Shown: one piece after another, positions 11,271 through 23,667 of the stretch | Numbering within the stretch: the first letter of the stretch is position 1 | Layout of the letters: the number at the start of each line of letters is the position of its first letter | Position numbers and translations under genes: made by a program | DNA from: Diplonema japonicum | Lineage: Eukaryota; Protista; Euglenozoa: Diplonemea | DNA: 64,000 nt | Reading direction: 5' to 3' | Assembly: GCA_964019335.1 (NCBI GenBank) | Contig: OZ025757.1 | Span: 1-64,000 of the forward strand | Notes under the pieces: model-generated | The model's input: the letters and a program-made list of their open reading frames with translations, nothing else | Told to the model about the DNA's origin: nothing | Databases searched by the model: none

Positions 11271-13862
11271 TCAGTGTTTTTTTTGCTTCTTGATCTTCCT
11301 TTTTTTCTCCGCAGCCGGACTCTTCACCACTTCTTGTGTTTTCTCCTTCACGGCTTCCTTGATCTCTTCCGTGGCGACACCGGTTGCGGTTTTTTGCTTC
11401 TTGATCTTCTTTTTTCTCTCCGCAGCGGGGCCCTTCACCATTTCTTGTGTTTTCTCCTTCATGGCTTCCTTGACCTCTTCTGTGGCGATGCCGGTTGCGG
11501 AGTGGCGGAAGCTTCCCTTCGCTTTGGTTAAGGGTTGGGAGAGGAGGGCGGACAGCTCATGTCGGAGCCTGTTGATGTTGTTGGAGTGGTTCACGGCCTT
11601 CCTTTCGTCGTCGAGGCTAGTGTCCCGGAGGGAGGTGTCGAGGATGAGGCCCATGTCCTTGGCGTTCTTCTCCAGCCAGGTGTTGTGGACGTGGACCTTG
11701 CTGGATTTGTTGAGCGCTTTGTCAAGCTGCTTTGCCTTGGCAAGCCTGTCCCGCAAGGCGGTTGCCTCGTTGATATCGATATCGTAGTTCTTCAACCCTT
11801 GCTCTTTTCCCAAGCTGGTGCATGTCTTCTTGTATAGCTGCTTCTCCTCAGGGCAGATCAGCGCCAACGAAAACCCGTTCTCCTTGCACCTTGCAGTCCT
11901 CCCGCACCTATGCACGTACGTGTCCGTGTTCCTCGGGAACTGGTAGTGCAGCACGTACTCGATCCCCTTGATGTCCAACCCTCTTGCCGCCACGTCCGTA
12001 GCAATGACAACACACTTCTCGTTGGCCTTTAGCCTGTCAAGGTTCTTTAAACGCTGTCTCTGTTGCATTTCAGAGTGCAACGCGTACACCTGCACACCAA
12101 GCAGCCCTAGGATCGAAACCAGTCGTCTCAAAGTACTAATCGCGTTCACAAAGATCAGCGTCCTGCCCTCATTGTGCATCAGGAAGTGGTACAGCCCGAG
12201 CTCCTTCTCGTTCTCGAGGCAGTGCATGGCTGCCTCCTGAAGGGATTCCACCATCATCGAGCCGGATGTTACGTTTGCAAAGAATGACTTCTTACGGTCG
12301 AGTCCGAAGGCGTTGGTGATCTCTCCCAGCATGTCGTCCTCCGCGTTGCCTTCCCGCTTCTGCTTGGCGGCGATCTTCTTCCCTCCCTCGTGGAACTTCG
12401 CGGCGAGCATTAGTGTCGCGGAGGTGATGAACATGCGGAGCCTGTCGGGGACGGGGATGTCGTAGCCTTCTTCTTCTTCTTCTTCTCCTTCTTCCGGCGT
12501 TTCTTCTTCATTCTCTTCTTCTACTTCCTCTTCGGGCATCTCTTCTTCGAGCATTTCCTCCATCTCTTCCATTTCGGGCATTTCTTCCATCTCTTCTTCG
12601 AGCATCTCCTCTTCTTCCTCCGCCTCTTCTTCGGCGTTGTCGTTGCCCAGTAGCTCCTTCGCCGCCTCTGCAAAGTTCACACCTTCCAAGTGTGTCGACG
12701 AGTACGGTCCGGACTGGTTCTCCTTCTTCCACACTTTCAGGAACTCTTCGATGTTGTTGAACTCTTGGAAGACCTGTGTCTCGTACCCCTCCTTGTTCTT
12801 CCATCCCTCGTTGTTCACAATCGCCTTCCCCCTCACTGTGGGGTCTTGGGTGTTCTGCGACGTAGCGGAACCCTTCTTGATCATCGGGGGGGGCTTCTCC
12901 CTGATGCATTCCAGGATGGCGCCCATCTCCTCGAAATGCTTGTCCTGGACCATCTTGTCAGCCTCGTCCACCACAAGGTACTTCAAGCCCGTGGTAATAC
13001 TCCTCTCAAGGTAATCCGATGCGTTGTCTTCCAGAAGACCCCACAGACGGCCAGGGGTGGCGATCAGGATGTGCGGGCGTTGGTTTTTCGATTTGTTCAG
13101 GAGACGAAGCTGCTTCTCGTCTGACATGCCACCCACTACGCAGGCGGAGCTCAAGCCGGCTGCTTCAACGAAGGGTTTGAGGTGGTTGTGCACCTGCATG
13201 GCAAGCTCTCTAGTAGGGGTGATGATGAGGCAGTCGATGACACGGTGCTCCCACGGCACTGGTTCTTGCTTCATGATACGCTGGATCACAGGCAGCCCGA
13301 ACGCCAGGGTTTTACCCGACCCTGTCTCTGCGGCAGCAACAATATCCTTCTTCCATCCCAACGCTGTGGAAAGGGTCTTTTCCTGCACGGGAGTAGGTTG
13401 CTGGAACTTTTTTTCCTTGAGAACAGCCAGCAGCTTGGGGTCGACGCCCATGTCCTCCCACATTTTGTAGGGCTCTGCCACCTTGACTTCCTCTTCCTCC
13501 TGCTCGGGTTCGTTTGCAGCGTCCTTCGCACCTGCGTCTTCATCTTCATCTATGTCCTCCTCCTCTCTCTTGCGTTTGTTGTTCTTAATTTTCTTACCCT
13601 TGAACCCAACACGGCCGTCTTTCGTGGGCTTCACCAACAAGTTCAACAACGACCTTGCGTCGCCTGGGTTCGCTTGCACGATCGCTTCTTTCGTCTTTTC
13701 ATCCAACTCTGTACGCGTTGTGTGCACCCTGCCCTCTGCCTTCAAAACCTTATGTCTCTTCTCTTTATTGGACATCTTGGCGTTCTGACCGCTCGCGCCG
13801 CCTGACCTTCGAGACGCGCCGCTTCCCAGCCGCCGCCTGGCACCCTTTACTCCTTTGACCAT
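11271..13862 (-). CDS. DDX24: DEAD-box RNA helicase, DDX24/MAK5-like
   Basis: Q motif PTPVQ, AAETGSGKTLAFGLP, PTRELA, TPGRLW, DEAD, SATL, TDVAARGLDI, YVHRCGRTAR; MQQRQRLKNLDR is typical of DDX24. Confidence 0.9.
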   Translation of the reverse strand: MVKGVKGARRRLGSGASRRSGGASGQNAKMSNKEKRHKVLKAEGRVHTTRTELDEKTKEAIVQANPGDARSLLNLLVKPTKDGRVGFKGKKIKNNKRKREEEDIDEDEDAGAKDAANEPEQEEEEVKVAEPYKMWEDMGVDPKLLAVLKEKKFQQPTPVQEKTLSTALGWKKDIVAAAETGSGKTLAFGLPVIQRIMKQEPVPWEHRVIDCLIITPTRELAMQVHNHLKPFVEAAGLSSACVVGGMSDEKQLRLLNKSKNQRPHILIATPGRLWGLLEDNASDYLERSITTGLKYLVVDEADKMVQDKHFEEMGAILECIREKPPPMIKKGSATSQNTQDPTVRGKAIVNNEGWKNKEGYETQVFQEFNNIEEFLKVWKKENQSGPYSSTHLEGVNFAEAAKELLGNDNAEEEAEEEEEMLEEEMEEMPEMEEMEEMLEEEMPEEEVEEENEEETPEEGEEEEEEGYDIPVPDRLRMFITSATLMLAAKFHEGGKKIAAKQKREGNAEDDMLGEITNAFGLDRKKSFFANVTSGSMMVESLQEAAMHCLENEKELGLYHFLMHNEGRTLIFVNAISTLRRLVSILGLLGVQVYALHSEMQQRQRLKNLDRLKANEKCVVIATDVAARGLDIKGIEYVLHYQFPRNTDTYVHRCGRTARCKENGFSLALICPEEKQLYKKTCTSLGKEQGLKNYDIDINEATALRDRLAKAKQLDKALNKSSKVHVHNTWLEKNAKDMGLILDTSLRDTSLDDERKAVNHSNNINRLRHELSALLSQPLTKAKGSFRHSATGIATEEVKEAMKEKTQEMVKGPAAERKKKIKKQKTATGVATEEIKEAVKEKTQEVVKSPAAEKKRKIKKQKKH

Positions 13863-13989
13863 TTCTTTTTTCTTTTCTCCGCCTGGTGGTGAAAGTGTGC
13901 GAACGAAAGAACAAAAAAAAAAAAGAAGAAGAAGGTTTCCCCACACTAAAGAAAGGAGGCGAAGGTCAAGCTCTGTAAGCAAAGACAGG

Positions 13990-16900
13990 TTAGTTGAGCT
14001 TTTTGAGTTCGTCACGTTTCTGTGCAACGTAAGGGCTGCCTGTGCGCATGGCGGCCATCTTGTCCAGGCATGCCGTGATGATGCGCTGCAGCTTGGCGAC
14101 TTGTGCTACACGTTTGTTTTTAAGATCCGGGACCCTGGCAAAGGCCTCGCGGTACTCCTTGCCCTTCAACTTTGTCATGTCCGGCTCCTTCACGGCAGGA
14201 CACAGCACACCCCACGTGGAGGTCCCTGTCTCGATGACCTTCTTGAGGGCGAACCACAGGTGAGCCTCGTCATGGGCAGCGTTGCCGATCTCCTTCAGCA
14301 ACGTGTTGAATGCGTCCCATGCGGTGACCCCATCACGCACAGTGCTGAGCCAGTAGTACAGAATAGGTGTCGAGTCGGTACGCTTGATGTCGGCACGGAG
14401 GCTGTCCAAAGCCTCGCTGCTCTGCGTAGGGTCCGCTTTCATGATACCAAAGAGCACTGAGACAAGCCTTGCAATGATGCTAGGCGGCCATGTCTCCTTC
14501 GCTTGCTGGAGGAGCGACACTGCGGAGTTTGGTATCGGTGCGCGCACCAAGGGAAGGCCGTCTGCATCTTTCTTAAGCTTCTGCCATGCGTCTGTCACGA
14601 GCAGCGATGCGCATAGGTTCTTCTTCAGCGAGCAAAGAGGCAGAACGCTGACCAGCTTCTTCTGCATCTGCGCGAATCTGTCTGTCCCAATGCTCAGCCC
14701 CACCAGCCCTGTCAGTGTTTGTATCGAGCCGTTGAGCGCCTCGTTGTTGTTTTTCTTCAGCTCTTCATCCACAACGCAGAAAGCCTCGCTCTGCTTGCCC
14801 TCAGCCAGCAACCTCCTGTGCCGAATGAAACATGTTGCCATCGCCACCTGTATCGCCTGAGCACCCGCTGAGGCTTCATCGATGATCTGTTGTGCCTGGT
14901 CGTAGTCGCCTTTCATCACGTGGCAAAACGCAAGGCACTGCACCACATCCCACCTGCGCCAGTCCAGCCCGCTCTCCATGCCCTGCTTCAGAGTCGACGT
15001 CAGGATCTGGACAGCATCGTCGTACTTCCCCCTCGAGTACTGCACCAGTCCCAACACCGTTGCTGCCTCCGCGTACCCCTCGTCTGCTATGCTCGAAACG
15101 ATATCGTGGGCCCACGACAATGCGTCCTTTTCCGTGCTGTCATCATCGCCGCCCTGCATGTCCTCCGCCTCATCGACCACGTCGGGCTGCACTAGCTCGT
15201 CCCACCCCACGTTGGAGGGGAGGAAGATGTGGGGTGCCGTGTACAGGATCAAGGACAGCGCGTACTGTGCTTTGAATAGCACAACCTCATCCTTGAGACT
15301 GCCTTCCGCTGAAACCCTGTTCAGCATCGTAGTGCACTGCTGCAGCAGCTGGGGGAGGTCCAGCAAGTTGTCGGGGAGCTTCTCCGGCATGCAGGAGATG
15401 AACCCAGCGAACCTGTACAGCACTTCTACACTGTCCTCAAGCTGGGCGTGCGTCAGTTTTGTTCCCTGATCGGTGACCTCGCGGACCATTGACAGCAGCT
15501 GTGAAGTTGCCAATGCGGAGAGCTCAGGGGTCTTTCTGCAGCGGCGGGAGACGATGCCGGCAGACGAAGCGGTGGTGATGTCGTGCTGCACACCAGCAGC
15601 CGCAAACATGCGCAGAAGCCTGGGAAGGATACTCTCTGATGCGTTGGGGGGCAGGCCCACGCACGCATCGATGTCAGGCATCTCCAAGAAGGACCCCTCT
15701 TCGTCGGTGTCCATGTGCTGTGTTGGTGTGTGCTTGCGTTGCGTGACATACCACAGTCGTGAAGGGTGAGCGGGTTTCGCCGTTCACAGAGTAGTACACA
15801 TCACCATCGGGTGTCTGCCTGAATTCGATGAGCGCATTGTCGCTCGGGTCCTTGTACCGCACGCTGGACGGGCCTTCCCCGCTCTCCAGCAGCACTTTGT
15901 ACATCACAAGCTTCTCGGGTATCGTCTTTGCAATTGTCAAGTTCGGCTCCTGTGCGTGAACAAATATTTGTAACAAACAAACAACATACATGCGACGGGT
16001 TGCGGAGGCATCTGCCGACCTCTTCCACCAGCTCGGCGATGCGCTTGATGCTCTCGTCTTGAATCTTGTGCGTTCCGAATTCAGGAAGCAGCTTGCTGGA
16101 GTGCTCGTCAGGCTGTCTCGCCCTGAATATAGAGATCGACGCCAACACTGCATCGTTCGTGACGGCATCCGTGCATTCAGTGAAGGAGTACAGCAGTTCA
16201 GACGCCTTGTCGTAGTTCCTGCTGGCGATGAGGGAGCAAAGAACAGCACGAGACGTGCTCTCGTAGTACGGCAGGTCGTCTTGGGGCACAAGGTTTAAGA
16301 TTTCGTCAGTAATAGTCTGTGCGCTGCTGCCACCGCCTTCTCCCCGTTTGCACAATGTACGCAGCTTGCTGGTCATGACCATCCTGTATTTTGTGAATGC
16401 GTCGCAGAGGGTCCATTCCTGTGTTTCCGATGACCGCACAGGCAGCAACCCGTTCCTCCCCGAAACCCACTCCAATGTCTGTTCCTTGTCCTCCCTCGGC
16501 AGCAACGCCTCAGCTGCGGTGAATGCTTCCAGCGCCGCATCGTAGTTCCCAAGCTCCTCCAAGACAAGCCCTACAGTGTTCAACGCGTTAGGGTCGTTTG
16601 AGAAGGCTTCCTTCACAGCCAACGCTCTTTCACCCAGCTCCTCTGGGATGTCCCCATACTTTCTGGGCTGGTAGAAATGCTGAGCGATCAGTGATAGCAA
16701 CGCCGTCTGGCTGAGCTGCGAAGCCTCGTATGCTTGTTCGATGCAGTTCTTCGCGTCATACGTGATGCTCCCGAACGACATTCTCTGCAAAGCCAGCCCG
16801 ATACCCAGCCACGGCTGGTAGGAGTCGGGTGCCAACTGCTGGGCTTTTTCAAATGACAGCTTCGCGGCACTGTGCTGAGAGTGCAGAAGCAGCAGCCATC

Positions 16901-19900
16901 CCTGATTGCACCACGCGCTGAAGTTCTTCGGGTCGAATTCGAGAGACTTGTTGATGCACCACAGCCTTCTGTTTGGGAGATCGCTGCTTGTAGCGCAGCC
17001 CAAAAGGTTCCAGAAGGAAGAACACCTTGGCATAATCTTGATCGCCTCCCTGCAGTACAATTCTGCTTTTGCACGGTTCTCCTCGCAGGCAGCTTCGTTG
17101 CAGAAGTTTGCGAACAGCGCCCTTGCCATGTCGTAGTACGCGTAGGCCTTTGCTGCTTTCCTGCCTTCGCTGAGCTCAAGAACCATGGTGTATGCCTCCA
17201 GCGCGCTTTTGAAATATTCGTCACGGCTGTCCCTGGACACCAGGTTGGCGCCACTGAGGCATATGTCACCCTTCAGGCGGTAAGAGTTCTGGCTGCCGTT
17301 GCTGCATCTGATGGACTCGGTGACGGCTGCAACGGCCTTGCTAAAGGGTTCGATGGAGAGTACGTCACCACCCTTAGCTGAGGTTTGCTTGGCTGCATCT
17401 ATGGCTTCTGCCCATCTGCACTTCGCCAAGAGGGACCAGGCAGGCTCGAAGTCGGGCTCCGTGCTTGTCACCTCGATCACCAGATCGCAAGCGTCTTGCA
17501 GTCCATTCTCAACACGCAACAAGCAGCACGCTTCGCCGTGCTTCGCTGCCATGCCCAAGGCATGGTCCTTCATTTCAGACACAGCCCTGTACTGTACAAG
17601 GGCTCTTGCGTAGTTCCCAACACCTTCGTATGCCCGCCCGAGCCCGTAGGCAACATCGGCTCCTTTGCAGTACCTCACGCAGTGCCGCAGGCATTTAGTG
17701 GCGATGTCGTACTTCCCATCGTTCAGGCTTTCCAACCCGTACAACTTGAAGGCCCATATGGTGCTTTGCACTGCATCAGCGCCTTGTGCCTCTGCCGTCG
17801 CTGTGATCATGGCACACACTGCCAGAAGGTCCGACCGCTTGTGGTACAAGCTGAGTATGCTGCACAGGTTCTTGCCTGCCTCATGGTCGAGTGGGTCGTA
17901 CTTAAGTGCCGTGCGGTAGGCTGCGATGGCGTGCTCGTCCTTTTCGTCTAACTCCACCTTCTCAGGGACGGCGTTCACCCACTGCGTGCTGTTAAGGCCG
18001 TACTCGATCTCGAACTCCTTCGCGGTGTATGGGTTCCCGTCAGCAGGATCAACTCTGCGCTCTCTGTCCCCAGCTGCCACCCACTCCGTTGTCCCACCGT
18101 AGCAGTCTTTGAAGCCCTCCTTCGAGTACAGCTCCCCGTTCGTGTCCGGCCTTGTTTGGAAACTGCAGTAGTAGTGACCCAGAAGACAGTGCGATCTGCA
18201 GATCTTTGCATCCAACTCCGTGGCCCTTGTTGCCACGTCGAAGCACTCCTGCATGTCGCCCTTTTTGCACAGGATCTCCGCTTTTGTCACCAACATCAAA
18301 GGTTCCTCAGATTTACACATTTTCAGCGCTCCTTCGATCTCTGCCAGTGCTTCTGCGTATTGCTTTGTGTGCAGAAGCCCCTTTGCAAGGCACCACTTGG
18401 ACATGACCTTCACCGTGTGGTCATTGGGTTGGAAATTCTTCAGAGTATCCACACACTCATCCCAGCAGCCGAACCCGAGCTGCACCTCCGCAGATAGTAA
18501 CATGAGCCGTTCGTTGCCGCTGAGCAACTTGTTTGCAGTCTCGCACAGGTACTTAGCAGACTGCCACTTCAGGATAGTTGATGAAAGGGCCTTCACGGTT
18601 ACTAGCTTAGAATGCCATTCCTGCGATGCGTCCCCGGTAATGGTCCCGGTCACGAGTCTTGCAGCAAGTGCGTTCAGCCCAAGGTCTGCCACTTTCACTG
18701 CTTCAGAGTGACGGTTCATCCTGAACAGGGTGAAGGCCTTGGCCGCATGAGGCATCACCACCTCAGGTGCTTCCTTGATGCACACGTCCAGCCACTTCAA
18801 CGGTTCCTCCAAGTCCTTCACATCTTCGTTGTGAACAAGACACCCTGCGTGCTGCACTGTGTACACGTCCCACAGCGAAGTGTCATCACCAAGGATCACT
18901 TGTGCCCTGCCAAGACCAAGGACGGCCCCAGCGAGCTTCTGGCGGACTTCCAACTGGAGCTCTTCTTGGGTTCGGTTTCTCCGAGGCGCGTGGCTCTCAC
19001 TGATGACAGGGTCCTGTTAAAACAAAAACAAAAAAAAAGGTCGAGGGAAAAGAAAAATAAAAAAATTCAATTGGATACCTCAGGACAGAGCGCGTGGCAC
19101 AGCGTGGTGAGGGTGTCGTCGATCTCGGTGGTGAAGTCACGAAGAACGAGGGCTGCCTGCCGAAAAGTATGGATTTAAAAAAAAAAAAAAAAAAGGAAAT
19201 ACCCTTAGCACCCAATATGAGATAGACGAAGGGACCCCCCTGATGGCCTCGCGAAGCGCGAAAGTGGTGAAGTACACAAGCTTGTCGCGAATAACAGCAG
19301 GGTCGGAAGGTTTGCGCGACAAATCGTTAAGAAGCCTCTGCACAACCCAGTCGACGAGGGAAAGCTTGTAGCTGGTGTCCCAGTCCGCAGAAAAGGTGAG
19401 GTTGAGGAGGAGGTCATCGACGTCGGGGTGGATTCCGTATACTTGCGCACGGTGTGCCTTTTGCGTCGCTACGTATCGCTCGTAAGGCTTCTGAGCGACA
19501 GAATTGAGGACCGGTACCTTAAGAGACGTTTTGTCACGGTGTCGGGTCTCCACTTCTTTCGTGATGTAGCTGTCAACAGTCGCTGTGTGGAGCTTTTTGG
19601 TGTCGTACTTTGAAACCAGCTCTACGATTTTTGAGTAGCATTTCAGTTTCTGTTCGTCCTCGGATGCAAGCTCTGAGAGCTTTACGAGTACGCTGATAGC
19701 TTTCTTGTCGTCGTTCTGGTCCAAGTGCACCTCGCGCAGCCCCTGCCACGCAGGGAGTTGGCTGTCTTCCAGCAGCGTCGCCTTTAGGTAACTGCTCTCT
19801 GCATCCTTCGGCTTCCCCAAGCTGAACTGACACTTCCCCAGCAGTGCCCAAAACATGTAACTATCCTTCGCCGAGTCCTCATCGATCTCCTTGAACTCCT

Positions 19901-19979
19901 TCAACGTCACCTCACCTTCCTTGAAACCCCCTTCTTGGAAGTGCTTCTTTGCCTTCTTCAAGGCGTCCTTCAGCGACAT
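13990..19979 (-). CDS. SKI3: Large TPR protein, SKI3/TTC37-like; introns 19157-19202, 19014-19078, 15950-15989, 15718-15751
   Basis: N-terminus KDALKKAK..YMFW..LGK..AWQGL matches SKI3; many TPRs; four GTAT..CAG introns link the ORF segments in frame. Confidence 0.8.
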
Positions 19980-20514
19980 CTTTTGTGTCCTTTTTTTCTT
20001 TTCAACAAAAAAATTATCATTTCAAGGGGAAAAAAAGAAAGGGAAAAAAAAAATGCACCACAAAAAAAAGGGGGGGGGGACATTGCGCTCATTCTGCCAA
20101 ACCAGGAGGGGGCCTCTATGTGTTACCCTATCTGAAGGAAAAGATGGAACGGTGGAAAGCGAAGGGAGGAGTAAAAAACGCGATTTTTTCTTTTTCTTTT
20201 TTTTTAGTTTCGAAACTTGTAACCCTCATCTCATTAAATAAAACAACATATTAAAATGAAAAGTAAGAGCATTATGCCACGTGCGGTCAGCAGGGTTTTA
20301 ACTCAAGAAGTAAGTTCGGATCCTATCGCTTCGTTAAAACTCCCTTGCTTGCCCCCACGCAACATATCGCCCATCTTATTTTTCGTTTAACAAATACTGT
20401 ATACTTTTTTTTTTTCTTTAAAGGCCACTGAAGCAGCTTTTTTTGGGGCATCAGGGAGATATTATCAGTTCGACATTTTTTTATTTATTTTTTTTTTCCC
20501 CATTGCATTCGGGT

Positions 20515-22291
20515 CTACTTTTCGATGGTATACTCTCCAGGCTTGTCGAAGGTGAGTTCCTTTGATTTTTTTTTTTTTTTGAAAAAAATATACCTCGCAC
20601 TCCTCCTTCAACAATGTGTAGCCACGGATTGTCAGAGACTCAGGAGCATCTGCAGGGAGCTCACCCATGGTCCATCCCTTGTTCTTGACAACAAGGTTCT
20701 TAATGGTGACCTTTGCCCCTGGGACGGCTTTAATGACCAACGCACCATCGAGGTCCAAATTCTGAATGTTAATGTCTGCCCCTTCCACGATTAGGGTAGA
20801 GTTCGTTGCCACACGGACATTGGAACCGATCTTCCTTGCGAGAGCCTCTTGGGTGGGCGCGAAGGACGGGTGCAGCACGACCCTTGGCGGCCATGCTACC
20901 GCGATACCCTGATAGGTTACAGGTTCGGCCTCCTTACCTATGACAGCCCCGCAGAGAGCAAGCCTTTTACACTGCATTTTGTAGAACTCGGCTTCTGCGG
21001 AAGAAGGGCAGTTGGCCTCGAGCCCAGTCTGTGCCTTCACAGCAGCGTCTGTCGTGTTGTTCTTGACAGGGGAGAAGGCGATGAGACGGTCGAACGTCGT
21101 GAAACCAACAGCGGCCTCCGCAGGAAGAAGCTTTGGGTAGTCCTGCATCATGCATTCTAATCGTGTCGGCTTTGCGAACGCAGTCTTACCGGCATCCTTG
21201 TACTTTGGGTTGACAAACTCAGGCATGAGCCCCTTGCTCTTCTCAAGCTGCTTAACATACGGAGGGAGGTTAAAGACAAGCGTGTTAATATTACCAGGGT
21301 AAGGGGAGTACCCTGTGGAGTCCGGGGCATCACCGACCTCTTCTTCGCCCTTCTGACGGTTTATCGAACGGAGGAGGGGGTCCAGTTGATTGTATTCCAC
21401 ACTGATGGTGACCGTTTTGGTTGGACCAACGAGCCTTGTGATACCGCCGATGGCTTCCTTGGGTTTTCTTGTGATGCAAATTGAGTTCAATTCTAAAGAA
21501 CGAGACACGCTGAGGCCAAGCGCGCCTTGTGTTGTGTTGAAAACCATAGCGTTGGTGTCCTGTATGAAGAAGACCCATTGAAGGCCTTGTTGAAGCCAGG
21601 CAGATGCTGTTCCTGTGGAGTGGAGAAGTTGGTGAACGTCGCCATGCCCGTGGGGTTTTGTCTCCAGCACACCAGGCGACTCTTTGACAAAGGTACCGTG
21701 GTTGTCTGTGATGGAAGGAACTTTTTCTTGCTTCATGAGGATGATGGAGGACCTTGGGCGGTTGAAGAACGCGTTCCTCTCCAAGAGATTAATTGTCTTG
21801 TCGTGGGTGTCCCCACTTGTCATGATGGCGAGAGGGATGGGAGTGGTACTACCGCACTCTTTCTGCAAAGCGTCTAGGTATTGCAGGTAGAATTCAAGGT
21901 AACATGTGTTCGTTGTCACCTCAACAGGTAGTTCTAGTTTGATGCCGTTGTAGCCAAGGCGTTCACCCAGACCACCTGCTACCAGAACGAATGCTGCGTG
22001 TTTCATTGAGTTTGTTCCGATTTTTTCGTATTTAATGCACTCGTCGTCGCCGAAGTTCAGGGCGAGTCCTTCTGGAACTTCTGGGACGCATCCTTCAAAG
22101 GGGTTTACACCGTCCTTGCTCTCTTGAAGGAGCCTCTTGGCGTTTTCTGAGTAGGCTCTCAACCCGCCCGGGTACTCGGTGTCCAGTTTCACTATTTGCT
22201 CGAATAGCTTGCCGTTGGTCTCGCCCTCCGCCAGTTTTTCTTGGCCGATGTCTTTCAAGATGGATTTTGCTTGTTCCTCGGTGGTCGGCAT
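20515..22291 (-). CDS. USP: UDP-sugar pyrophosphorylase; intron 20560-20593
   Basis: FVLVAGGLGERLGYNGIK, IMTSGDTH, TKPHGHGDVH, QDTN, VEYNQLDPLL, EFVNPKY, RLECMMQDYP; splicing gives the C-terminus ELTFDKPGEYTIEK*. Confidence 0.95.
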
Positions 22292-22851
22292 TTTTTTTTT
22301 TTTTCTTCCCACGGTGGGTCCCCTTATTTGTTGTTTTTCGGGTTGCAAAGAAAAAAAAAAAAGAGAAAAAAAAAAAAAAAAACACAATGAGTTGGAAAAA
22401 AAAAAAAAAAAAGCCCAAAGAGGAAACAAAAAAAAATCCCCAAATAAAAAGGAAAAAAAAGAGAAAAAAAAAAGAAAAAAAAAAACCGACAAAAAAATGG
22501 GGGTGAGTTTCTTTTTTTTCCGAAGTTGGAAGAGGTTGCATAATGTAAAAAAAAAAAAAAAAATGAAAGGGGCAAGAAGAAAAAAAAAAAAAAAAAAAAA
22601 AAGCAAAGATAAAAAAAGAAGTCCGTGGCCCTCACCCCCCCTTATTTTTAATATTATTGTACTATTTTGACGTTGAAAGAAAAACCAAACTAACAAAAAA
22701 AACACTAGAACAAAACAACCAGGACTTTTTTTTTCTTCTCTCTCCATCGCTTTTTCCCCCCTTTTTTTTTTCTTCTCTTCCCCACTCTTCTCCTTACATT
22801 TTTTTTTTCCCTACATCTCCTTTTATGCAAATCCTCCAGACTTCATTCCGT

Positions 22852-22863
22852 CTACGCCTACGT

Positions 22864-22915
<52 letters not shown>

Positions 22916-23001
22916 AGTCTTTTCCCATACCCTCATGAAGGCACCAATAGGGGCAGCCCACGAAGTAAGGCTCGCAATCTTCTCAGCACGGTCGGTGTTA
23001 A

Positions 23002-23036
<35 letters not shown>

Positions 23037-23525
23037 CCTCTCTCCCCTCCCTCTATGTTCCCCTTAACATACGTCCACTTTCTCGTCGGTCTGCCAGAAC
23101 ACCGAAGAGGGTCCGATGAGGGCGATCTTCGACTCTCTGCCGATCATCTTGAAAACAAGGAACGCGAAGGACAGGCGGATGAAGAACTGGAGGAACTCCA
23201 AGTAGTCGGCAACAGTCCAGGTCCACACCATGGCGGCCTGGGGAAGACGGGTGCACTCCTTGCCAAGGGACACGAAGCGGTCGGGGATGGTCAGCACGGA
23301 CTGCGCCACGAACCTGCCCCACGAGGTGTTGCCAAGGTCCTCGCCACTTTTTTTTTTTTTTTTTTTTTTTTTTTAACTCTAAACATACGTGGTCTGCGCC
23401 CTCTGGACTTCCTTCGCGAAGTCAGAGTTGTGGTACTTCACCACTCGCGAGTCAGCGGTGTTGCCGAACCCGGCGAACGCATTGAACACAACGTTGACAG
23501 GGGTAAGAACTTTACGGAGGGACAT
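22852..23525 (-). CDS. Mitochondrial ATP synthase subunit g (euglenozoan type); introns 23347-23388, 23003-23072, 22858-22930
   Basis: Spliced product MSLRKVLTPVN..VVKYHN..FIRLSFAFLVFKMIGRESKIALIGPSSVFW resembles trypanosomal subunit g as recalled (..FLIGTVLGRQSIFPPIDPDSP); not visible as one ORF in the track. Confidence 0.7.
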
Positions 23526-23667
23526 TTTTTTTTTTTTTTTTTTCAAATAATAACACTCGTCCTGCGATTTTTTTTATATATAAATATGTTTCATTCTCAC
23601 AAAAAAAAAAGAACAGACAAAAAAAAAGGGGGGGTAAACATTACAAGAAAAAAAAAAACTTTTTTTT

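Noticed and set aside
13990-19979. Split SKI3 ORFs as RNA editing, non-canonical introns or a variant genetic code
   Set aside because: All breaks are explained by ordinary GT-AG introns; TAA, TAG and TGA all act as stops in intact genes.
22292-22747. Poly-Phe/poly-Lys N-terminal extensions of USP, DDX24, PDZ, LRR and other ORFs
   Set aside because: Translations of T- and A-homopolymer spacers; real starts follow the A-run.
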